Shown here one piece after another: positions 14,918 through 22,949 of a stretch of DNA of 32,000 nucleotides. This DNA is from Fimbriiglobus ruber (GTDB taxonomy: Bacteria; Planctomycetota; Planctomycetia; Gemmatales; Gemmataceae). The stretch is from positions 386,712-418,711 of the forward strand of contig NZ_NIDE01000017.1 in assembly GCF_002197845.1 (NCBI RefSeq). Reading direction: 5' to 3'. Each line of letters starts with the position of its first letter. Within the stretch, counting starts at the first letter, position 1. A model generated the notes under the pieces. The model worked only from the letters and a program-made list of their open reading frames with translations. It ran no database searches and was not told the origin of the DNA. The translations under genes were made by a program, and so were the position numbers.

Positions 14918-17900
14918 TCAGTCGGTGTCAACGTCAACCCACGCCGTCACGTCCAGGCGGGCGTGCGGGTTGATCTGCTGGGCGTCCGGGACGACCCGGT
15001 AGGCGGCCGCCCAGGCCGGCCCGAGTTGGGGGACGGCGGCGAGCGGGACGGCCGAGTACTCGCGGTAAATCACCACCTCGTCCGGCACGGTGGCGGTGGC
15101 CGCCGCGTCGGGCAGCATGCGGGCCGCGAGGTCGCGGACCGGGTCGCCGCCCGCCCCGGTCGGGCTGCCGAACACCGTGACGGCGGACTGCGCCCACGGT
15201 CCCGGGCCGACCAGCGGCGGGGCCGCCCGGTCGAACGCCCGGCGGAGTTCGGCCACGGCCGCGTCCGCCGTCCCGTAGTGCTGGGCGAACATGCCGGCCA
15301 CGTCGGCCTCCCCGAGCCGCGCGTCGAGGTAGGCGCGGGCGGCCGTCCGGACCTCGCGGAGCAGTCCGAGGGGGCCGTCGATCGAGTTCACGCACGCCTG
15401 GTATAGCCCGCCGAACGTCCGCTCCAGCCGCTCTTGCACCTTGGTATCGAGGGCGATCAGGTCGTCGTCGGTCAGCGACCCGATGAACACCTGGGCCGCG
15501 TCTTCCGTCGTCGGGCACCGGGCCGGGAGCAGTTCGCCCGGGCCGCACCCGGGGGCCGGGAACTCGGATTCGAGGGCCAGGTCCCGGCGGCACGCCTCGG
15601 CCCGCTGGCGGTACGCGGACACGTCGCCCAGGATCTCGGTCAACAACTCCTTGAGTTCGCGGTACACCCGCAACACCCCGCGGATCAGCATGAGTTGGTG
15701 CTGCCCGCTCGGGTACTGACCGACCGCGGCCGCGAAGTCGGTCGCGGACACCTTCTTCATGCCCTTCTGGAAGTTCGTGTACGCGAGGATCTGTTCCAGC
15801 GCCGTCGCCGTCCCGGTTTCGAGCGCCGCCGCCTGCTTGTCGAGCTGGACGCGGGCCTTGTTCAGGACGGCGAGCATCTGGCGGGCCGCCTCTTCGGTCC
15901 CGGCGAGCCGGAACGCCGGGGTCTCGACCAGGCCGTGGAACAGGGCGGTGATTTCCGACCGGGCGAGCGCGGTGAGGTCGTCCGCGGTCGCCGCGACGGC
16001 CTCCTCGACGGCGGTGGGCGGGCGGGCGACGACGCCCTGTTGTTTGCCGAAAATGCGCTGCCACTGGTCGACCGCCGCGGTCACCCGGTCGGGGTCCGGG
16101 AGGCGGGCCAGCCACCCCTTCGGGAGGAGGATTTCGGTCGTCCGCGCGACGAGTTCCTGGATCGGCCCGCCGGCCGCCTGGTTGGCGGCGTCGGAGAGGC
16201 GGGTCGTGATCTTGTCCGGCGCCGTCCCCAGCCGGGTCCACTGGTTCGCCACCCACCCCGGGATGACCTGCCGCACGTGGGCCGGGTCGGTCGACACCCA
16301 GTGGTTGAGCAGGACCGGGGCGAGGATTCGCGCGGCCCGCCCGACCACCTCGGCCCGCGGCCACGAGTATCTGGTGAGCCCGCACACCCGCACCGATCCG
16401 GCCGACGTCTCCGGCGTGGGCGGCCGCGTTTGGTCGTCGGCGAGGCGGCCGACCTGTGACGTCGTACTGAGCCGCAGGAATTCCGCCGAGAGGGCCGTCG
16501 GGTCGCGGGTCACGTCCGCGTCGCCCGCTTTCCCGCCGGGGCCGGGCGGGCGGTTCCAGGCGTCGGTCCGCAGGCCCGGGGTCGACCGCCCGGACGGGGT
16601 GGTCCGCGAGATCATCGGCTGTGTGCCGCTCGGGCCGCGGGCGGTATTCGAGAGCGGGCCCGAGTTGCGGACGGTCGCCGCCGTCGCGGTTACGGTCGAC
16701 CCCGGGATGACCGGGGGAGAGTACGCCGACCCGGGGAATAGAAACACGTTGCTGAACGGGCGGTCCGCGTCGCGGACGTTCCCGACGCGCTCGTCGTAAG
16801 ACGCGGCGAACACGGTCTGCGGGCGGGAGTAGTGGTGCAGCTCAGTCAGCGCCGCGTACGTGTTGGCCTGAGACAGCGGGGTCGTGTTGGCGGCCGCCCC
16901 GTCCGGCGGCAGGTGGAACACGCCGACTACGTCGGGGTCGGTGTACCCCATCCGCTTGAGCCGGGAGCGGACGATGTACGCCAGGTCGAGGAACATGCCG
17001 CTCCCGGTCCCCCCGCCGAGACCCGCGACCACGTACACGCGGGGCCGGTTCGTCCGCACGGCCTGGCCGGTTCCGTCCCGGGTCGCGGTGAGCGCGACCG
17101 GGTTCAGGCAGGCGTCGAGTTCGGTCTGGATTTTTTGCACGAGCGCCCGCGAGTGGTCGCACAGCGCGAGCCGGCCGAACCCGCGGATCCCCATCGTGGT
17201 CGGCGTCCGCGTGAGCTTGTACAGCAGTTGCTGGTCGAACCACCCGTCCACCACGTTCCGCCCGTTGGGCCGCGGCTTCAGGTAGTGGGCGGCCCGGTTC
17301 AGTCGGGCGGCGAACACCTCTTCCGGGTCGAGCCCGGCCAACCCGGCCGCGGGGTCGGGCGCGGTCGCGGTCTGAACGTCCGGGTCCGTGTCGATGTACA
17401 GGGTGCGGAACGAGGGCACGGCGTCCGCCGGCCCGAACCTGTCGGCCAGGTGTTTCCGGAACCGCTGGAGGACGCGGAGCCCGGTGTACCCGAGGCCGAG
17501 GATCAGGGTCGGCTGGAGCGTCCCCGGGCCGGTTATCTCGCGCGGGGCGTCCTGCCGCGGGTAGGGCGGGTCGGTGTCGCCCCGCGGGGTCGGCGTCTGG
17601 ACGAGGGCGAACGGGAAATTGTCGGGTCCGACCGACGGCAGCGGGAACTGCGTCGGGGTCATGTTCGCGGGCGGCGCGTCGGCGGCCGGGGGGACGTGCG
17701 CCGGGAAAACTTCGATCGGTCCGGACTTGCTCCCGTCGCCGAGGCCGTGCCGCGAGCCGGGCGGGACGCCCCCGCTGCCCGCGGGGACCACCGTCCGGTC
17801 CGAGCCCGCGTTGCCGGCCCGGATCGCGGCGACCATCGCGGACACGCTCGGGAACCGCTCGTCCGGCTTCTTGGCCAGCGCGCGGGCCAGGGCCGGCCGG

Positions 17901-18631
17901 TCGCCCGGCGGGGACGGCGTCAGGTTCGGGGGCATTTGCAGGTGCTGCATGAGCAACTGCTGCATGCTGTTCCCGTCGAACGGCCGCTGGCCGCACAGCA
18001 GCTCCTGGTACACGCACGCCAGGCTGTACTGGTCGCAGAACCGGGACACGAACCCGTCGAACGTCTCGGGGGCGGCGTACACCGGGGTGATCCCGCCCGT
18101 CACCGACGCGACCATCCCTTCGAGGTCTTTGACCTGCCCGAAGTCCGCCACCTTGACGTGGTTGTAAAGGAGGAACAGGTTCTGGGGCTTGATGTCCAGG
18201 TGCTGGAGCTGGAACTGGTCGTTCATCAGGTCGAGGACTTCGGCCGTCTCGCTCATGTATTGCAGGAGTTCGTCCCGCGGGATGCCCGGGAGCTTCTGCG
18301 CGCGGCAGGCGCGGAACCGGTCCCACAGGTTGCAGTCGGCCAACTCCATGACGATCATGAGCCGGCCGTCGACGATGTCGAACCGGTCGAGGGCGAGCAG
18401 GTACGGGTGGCGGACCTGCTTGACCCGCTTGAGGGCTTTGAGTTCCTGCTCGGCGAACCGGTAGGAGTCCGTTTCCCGATTCCGGATGTCCCCGTGGACG
18501 ATCTTGATCGCCTTGAAAATGCCGCCCGGGGCCTCGGCCTTCCACACCTCGCCGAACCCGCCGCTGCCGAGGCGCTCCATCAGGCGGTACCCGGTGATCG
18601 GCTCGGTCTGGCTCTCGATTCGTGCGGTCAT
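14918..18631 (-). CDS. Ser/Thr protein kinase fused to a tubulin/FtsZ-like GTPase domain and a large helical C-terminal extension (paralog 1)
   Basis: 1237 aa, ATG 18631. Kinase (aa ~15-270): GSGGFGEVW, AIK, HLDIKPQN, DFG, APE. Pro-rich linker (aa ~275-370). Tubulin-like core (aa ~373-635, nt 16727-17515): LGLGYTG, LYIDTDP, GIRGFGR, GGGTGSG (nt 16997-17017), QANTYAAL. Confidence 0.9.
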   Translation of the reverse strand: MTARIESQTEPITGYRLMERLGSGGFGEVWKAEAPGGIFKAIKIVHGDIRNRETDSYRFAEQELKALKRVKQVRHPYLLALDRFDIVDGRLMIVMELADCNLWDRFRACRAQKLPGIPRDELLQYMSETAEVLDLMNDQFQLQHLDIKPQNLFLLYNHVKVADFGQVKDLEGMVASVTGGITPVYAAPETFDGFVSRFCDQYSLACVYQELLCGQRPFDGNSMQQLLMQHLQMPPNLTPSPPGDRPALARALAKKPDERFPSVSAMVAAIRAGNAGSDRTVVPAGSGGVPPGSRHGLGDGSKSGPIEVFPAHVPPAADAPPANMTPTQFPLPSVGPDNFPFALVQTPTPRGDTDPPYPRQDAPREITGPGTLQPTLILGLGYTGLRVLQRFRKHLADRFGPADAVPSFRTLYIDTDPDVQTATAPDPAAGLAGLDPEEVFAARLNRAAHYLKPRPNGRNVVDGWFDQQLLYKLTRTPTTMGIRGFGRLALCDHSRALVQKIQTELDACLNPVALTATRDGTGQAVRTNRPRVYVVAGLGGGTGSGMFLDLAYIVRSRLKRMGYTDPDVVGVFHLPPDGAAANTTPLSQANTYAALTELHHYSRPQTVFAASYDERVGNVRDADRPFSNVFLFPGSAYSPPVIPGSTVTATAATVRNSGPLSNTARGPSGTQPMISRTTPSGRSTPGLRTDAWNRPPGPGGKAGDADVTRDPTALSAEFLRLSTTSQVGRLADDQTRPPTPETSAGSVRVCGLTRYSWPRAEVVGRAARILAPVLLNHWVSTDPAHVRQVIPGWVANQWTRLGTAPDKITTRLSDAANQAAGGPIQELVARTTEILLPKGWLARLPDPDRVTAAVDQWQRIFGKQQGVVARPPTAVEEAVAATADDLTALARSEITALFHGLVETPAFRLAGTEEAARQMLAVLNKARVQLDKQAAALETGTATALEQILAYTNFQKGMKKVSATDFAAAVGQYPSGQHQLMLIRGVLRVYRELKELLTEILGDVSAYRQRAEACRRDLALESEFPAPGCGPGELLPARCPTTEDAAQVFIGSLTDDDLIALDTKVQERLERTFGGLYQACVNSIDGPLGLLREVRTAARAYLDARLGEADVAGMFAQHYGTADAAVAELRRAFDRAAPPLVGPGPWAQSAVTVFGSPTGAGGDPVRDLAARMLPDAAATATVPDEVVIYREYSAVPLAAVPQLGPAWAAAYRVVPDAQQINPHARLDVTAWVDVDTD

Positions 18632-18712
18632 ATCCGTTCCCCGGTGTCCCGGCAGCCTATGTAGTAAAGGAATCCGGCGCCCGGCCCGTCTCGGGCGGCG
18701 CCGGGGCGGACG

Positions 18713-21700
18713 TCATCCGGCGCCCGGAACGGGCCAGGGGAGGTCGGCCCGGGTGTGCGGGTTGTAGTCGGTGGCGAGCTGCTGCTCGTAGGCGTCGCGG
18801 GCGGCGCCGGACACCTGCGCGAGCGACGTCAGCGGAACCCGCGGGCACTCGCGGTAAATCAGAATGTCGTCCGCGAGCGGGGCCGGGATGAATTCGACCC
18901 CGGGGCAGGCGGCGACCGCGATCGCCCGGAACCGGTCCCCGTCCGCCCCGGCGGGGGCGGCCAGGATCGCGGCCTCGGTCGCCCGCCCGCCGACGCCGGT
19001 CAGGTCCGGGGCCGCCTTCGCGAACCCGGCCGCCAGGAGGTCGCGGGCGGGTTGCCCGTTCCCCTGGTAGCGGAGGAACACGGTGGCCGGGTTGGCCTTC
19101 TCGAGCCGGGCGTCCAGGAACGACCGCGCCCCGGTCTCGAGCAGTTTGAGGAAGTCCGGAGCCTTCTCGGCCTTCAGGCAGACGTTCACCAGCCCGCGGC
19201 ACTTGCGGCTGACGTCTTTCTGGAGGGCGAGGTCGAAGGCCAGGATATCTTCGGGCGAGAGTTCGGCCAGCACCCGGTCGGCCGCGTCGTCCAGGGACGT
19301 ACACCCGGACGGGAGGATGAGGGTTCCGGGGCCGACGTCGCCGACGCCGGTCCCGGCGCCCCCGAGCGACTGCCCCATTTCCGCGATCCGGCCGCGGCAG
19401 AAGTTCACGTCCCGCAGGTATTCGGGGATGCTCCCGAGGAGCCCGCGGTACACGGCCAAGGCGGCGGTGTCGTAAATCAGTCGGAGACGTTTTTGGGAGT
19501 AGACCTTGAGCGCGTCGAGAACTTCGCCGGCCGCCCCCGATTTCCGCCCCGTGAAGCCGGCGTTGAGCCCGCCGATCGCCTGCAGAACCCGGCCGAAGGC
19601 CTCGCGGACGTCCCGGTCGCCTTCCTTGCAGAGCGGCTCCAACCCCTCGGCCGTGCGCCGGACGCGTTCGGTGATCTGGTTCAGGGCTTCCTCGGCCCCG
19701 GCCAACCGGTGCTGTGGCTGTTCGATGAACGACACCGCCAGCGCGGCCAAGTTGACCTCGATTTCGCCCGCGAATTTCTTGAACGACTCCTGGACCACGG
19801 TCTCCAGGCTGCCCGGACTCTCGTTCTCGCACGCGGGCTTGCCGACCCATTTGAGGAGTTGGTCCAGCACCTCGCACGCGGTCGCCGCGTCCAGGCGCCC
19901 GCCGCCCGCCGCCCGCGCCCGAAGCGAGTCCACGGCCGCATCGAACACCGCGTCCGGGTCTTCCCGGAGGGCATCACGGGCGACTTGCTCGAACCGCCCG
20001 ATGACGGACGGCAGGTCGAGCTTTTGCTTGGCCCACTGCTCGTCGAGCCACCGCTGGATCGGCTCCCGCAGGTGGGCCGTTTCCTTCCCACCCCACCGCT
20101 GGAGGAGCCGCTGGTTGAACCGGCGGGTGGCGGTCGTCAGCAGTTCCACCCGCGGCCACGAAAACTGGTGCAGGCCGAACAGTTGGACGACCGGGGCGGC
20201 CGCGTCGCCGGTCACCGGCGTGACGGACCGGACGTAATCCGTCACCTTCCCGGCGGTGGTCAACAGTTCGGTGAACACCCCGCGGGCGGCCAACGAGTAG
20301 GCCAGTTTCTGGTCTTTATCCTTGGGTTTGGGAAGCGATACGATCGCGGTTCGGGCGAACGGGCCGTCCCCGTCCACCACCGCGGGCTCGTTCGCGTCGA
20401 ACGTCGTCTTGTACGTGTTCCCGGTCGCGAAGTGGTAGACCTCGGCCAGGGCGGCGAACGTGTTCACGAGCCCGATCGTCTTGGACGGGGCCTTGTCCGC
20501 GGGCGGCGCGAGCAGGACGCCGACGGTTTCCGGCTTCCGGTACCCGACCGCGCGGAGTTCGTGCTTGAGGATGTACGCTAGGTCGAGGAACATGCCGGAC
20601 CCGGTCCCGCCGGCCAGCCCGGCCAGGACGTACGCCCGCGGGCGGTTCGAGCGGACCCCGAGCCCGGTCCCGGCGGCCGCCTTGTCGAGCGGATCGTCCG
20701 TCAGGAACGTTTCGATTTCCTGGCGAATCCGCTGCGCGATCACGCGGTAATTGTCGCACAGGGCAAGTCGGCCGAACGCCCGGACGCCGGCGGCCGGCCC
20801 GGGCGACTTCGGGAGTTGATACAAGAGTCCGGGCGGGAGCCAACTTTCGACCGCCGGGGCCGCACTCTGTTGGAGGTAGTGGGCGGGCCGGTTCAGCCGG
20901 GCCGGAACGACCTCGCGGGCCGCGAACGGGTCCTGGCCCGACGTCGCCGCGGTGATCGCTTCCGGGTCCGTGTCGATGTACAAATACCGGAATGTGGGGA
21001 CGGCGTCCGTGCTGCCGAACCGGTCGCGGACGAACTGCCGGAGCGCCCGCAGGACGATCAGGCCGGTCTGTCCGACCGCGACGACGAGCGACGGGAATAG
21101 GACACCGGGGCCCTCTTTTTCGGGCGGCGCGATGCCGAGACTGCTCATCCGCCCGGTCTGGAAGACTTGCGGGCGCGGCAAGGTCGCCGCCGGCCCGCTG
21201 CCCGGGGTGCCCTGCGGCGTGAGCATCCGGGGCGTGACGAGGCCGGGCGTTCCGTAAGTCCCCCCGGGGCGGCGCGGGTTCGGGGTCGCGACTCCGAACC
21301 CGCCCGGGCTCATGAGCGACCGCTCCAGTGCCGCGGCCGCCACGCCACTCCCGGGACGGGTCGTGGCACGGTCCGGCCCGGGGGGCGTATTCGGCTCGGG
21401 CGAAAGGCCGGGCGGGCGTGGCGTGTCGGCTTTCGGGTCGCGGGTCGTTCCCAGCAGCGGCGTGGCGCCGGACCCCGTTCCCCCGGAGCCGGGTTGCTGG
21501 GTGGTGCCCGCGAATTTGAGGGCGCGAACCATGTCCGCGCACGTTTTCCACCGGTCGTCCGGCTTTTTACTCAGCGACCGCCCGATTACCGGTCGGTCAT
21601 TCTCGTTGAGGGGGCTCAGGTCCGGCGCCCCGTTGAGGTGTTGGAGCAGCAATTGTTTCGTGTTCGCCCCGTTGAAGGGCCGCGTTCCGGTGAGCAACTC

Positions 21701-22324
21701 CTGAAACACGATCGCCAGGCTGTACTGGTCGCTGTACCGGCTGACCCAGCCCTCGAACGTTTCCGGGGCGGCGTACACCGGCGTCACCCCGCCGGTCACC
21801 GTCGCCCGCATCCCCTCGAACGCCTTGGCCAGGCCGAAGTCGGCCACTTTCACGTGGTTGAACGTCAGGAAGATGTTCTGCGGCTTCACGTCCAGGTGTT
21901 GAATCTGGTAGTGGTCGTTCATCAGGTCCAGGGCTTCCGCGACTTCTTCCATGTACGCGATCAGCTCGACCCGCGGGATGCCGATCATGCCCTGCGTGCG
22001 GCACTCGCGGAACCTGTCCCACAGGTTGCGGTCGGCCAACTCCATAACAATGATGAGTTGGCCGTCGACGACGTCGAACCGTTCCAGGGTCAGGATGTAC
22101 GGGTGGCGGATCGACTTGACGCGGTGCAGGGCCTTGAGTTCCTGCTCGGCGGGCCGGCCGTCTTCGTCGGCCGAATCCAGGTCGCCGAACACGAACTTCA
22201 TGGCCTTCAACAGGCCGCCCGGGGCCTCGACCTTCCACACTTCGCCGAACCCGCCACGGCCGAGCCGTTCGAGTAATTTGTACCCTGGGAGGGGTTCTTC
22301 ATGACTGGTCAGGCGTACCGGCAT
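18713..22324 (-). CDS. Ser/Thr protein kinase fused to a tubulin/FtsZ-like GTPase domain and a large helical C-terminal extension (paralog 2)
   Basis: The track ORF starts at 22381. ATG 22324 (MPVRLTSHEEPLPGYKLLERLG) aligns with the paralog start MTARIESQTEPITGYRLMERLG, giving 1203 aa. Kinase: GRGGFGEVW, AMK, HLDVKPQN, DFG, APE. Tubulin-like core (nt ~20330-21103): AVGQTG, LYIDTDP, GVRAFGR, AGGTGSG (nt 20594-20614), VNTFAAL. Confidence 0.9.
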   Translation of the reverse strand: MPVRLTSHEEPLPGYKLLERLGRGGFGEVWKVEAPGGLLKAMKFVFGDLDSADEDGRPAEQELKALHRVKSIRHPYILTLERFDVVDGQLIIVMELADRNLWDRFRECRTQGMIGIPRVELIAYMEEVAEALDLMNDHYQIQHLDVKPQNIFLTFNHVKVADFGLAKAFEGMRATVTGGVTPVYAAPETFEGWVSRYSDQYSLAIVFQELLTGTRPFNGANTKQLLLQHLNGAPDLSPLNENDRPVIGRSLSKKPDDRWKTCADMVRALKFAGTTQQPGSGGTGSGATPLLGTTRDPKADTPRPPGLSPEPNTPPGPDRATTRPGSGVAAAALERSLMSPGGFGVATPNPRRPGGTYGTPGLVTPRMLTPQGTPGSGPAATLPRPQVFQTGRMSSLGIAPPEKEGPGVLFPSLVVAVGQTGLIVLRALRQFVRDRFGSTDAVPTFRYLYIDTDPEAITAATSGQDPFAAREVVPARLNRPAHYLQQSAAPAVESWLPPGLLYQLPKSPGPAAGVRAFGRLALCDNYRVIAQRIRQEIETFLTDDPLDKAAAGTGLGVRSNRPRAYVLAGLAGGTGSGMFLDLAYILKHELRAVGYRKPETVGVLLAPPADKAPSKTIGLVNTFAALAEVYHFATGNTYKTTFDANEPAVVDGDGPFARTAIVSLPKPKDKDQKLAYSLAARGVFTELLTTAGKVTDYVRSVTPVTGDAAAPVVQLFGLHQFSWPRVELLTTATRRFNQRLLQRWGGKETAHLREPIQRWLDEQWAKQKLDLPSVIGRFEQVARDALREDPDAVFDAAVDSLRARAAGGGRLDAATACEVLDQLLKWVGKPACENESPGSLETVVQESFKKFAGEIEVNLAALAVSFIEQPQHRLAGAEEALNQITERVRRTAEGLEPLCKEGDRDVREAFGRVLQAIGGLNAGFTGRKSGAAGEVLDALKVYSQKRLRLIYDTAALAVYRGLLGSIPEYLRDVNFCRGRIAEMGQSLGGAGTGVGDVGPGTLILPSGCTSLDDAADRVLAELSPEDILAFDLALQKDVSRKCRGLVNVCLKAEKAPDFLKLLETGARSFLDARLEKANPATVFLRYQGNGQPARDLLAAGFAKAAPDLTGVGGRATEAAILAAPAGADGDRFRAIAVAACPGVEFIPAPLADDILIYRECPRVPLTSLAQVSGAARDAYEQQLATDYNPHTRADLPWPVPGAG

Positions 22325-22563
22325 CGATACGTTCCGATGGTGATCGCCCACGCGAACGGCGCGGCGATCCGTGGTGAGCATAACTGGGACTACCTACTCT
22401 GTAGCTCATAACGGACGTTTGGCAAAACCGCGGACTTCGCCCCGTTCCTCAAAACCGGTACTTTCTGGAAACAGCTCGCGATTTCGGTTCCGGGCAGAAA
22501 GCGGTGCTGAGGACCACCTCCGGTCGACCGCAACTCGCGCAACAGAATCCGCTTCCGCCGTCT

Positions 22564-22584
22564 ACCTTGCACCCACCTTGCACC
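22564..22584. repeat. tandem direct repeat ACCTTGCACC x2 with 11-bp periodicity in the divergent intergenic region
   Basis: accttgcacc at 22564-22573 and again at 22575-22584, separated by one c. Confidence 0.7.
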
Positions 22585-22949
22585 AGTGCGGGGCACGAAC
22601 GGGATTAGAAAGGCTCACACTTCCCGCTCTCGTGCCCGGATCGAAAATGGCAGGAAGTTACTGCGGTTGGGGACCTCGTGACTCGGAACCTGAATTTTCC
22701 TGCACGAGTGCAGACGACTCCGTGAGACGTTTCCCAGGGTTCGGGCCGTCGCAAATTGGTCGGAGTGCCCCTCTTCACCCACTTACCCAGACGGCGATGT
22801 CTTTTTCGAACGAACGGTTTAAACTGTGTACTTCCGGCGAGCGTGGTAAACGGGCATGACCCGGGCGCGGAGCGCGATTGCGACCGCCGGCGTAAATTTG
22901 TACTCTTTGAGCGTCATGTAACTCGTACGACTGCGTCATGGAAGGCATT

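Noticed and set aside
14934-20581. Multiple long ORFs overlapping the two kinase/tubulin-like genes (for example 14934..16385 -, 15434..16459 +, 16832..18664 +, 16842..18545 -, 18755..20581 +, 18657..19877 -)
   Set aside because: All are alternative frames or antisense of the 1237-aa and 1203-aa genes. They translate to Arg/Pro/Gly-rich strings without motifs. Only the kinase frame has coherent domain signatures and paralog conservation.
21467-21484. Second GGTGSG string (QQPGSGGTGSGATP) in paralog 2
   Set aside because: It lies in the low-complexity Gly/Ser/Pro linker without the surrounding tubulin-like motif order, and it is absent from paralog 1. This is a coincidental match, not a second nucleotide-binding loop.
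22371-22859. 162-aa plus-strand ORF (and the 68-aa minus ORF 22390..22596) in the long intergenic region
   Set aside because: No RBS, atypical codon usage with weak GC3 bias, Ser/Arg-rich sequence and no motif. The region is more plausibly regulatory or non-coding.
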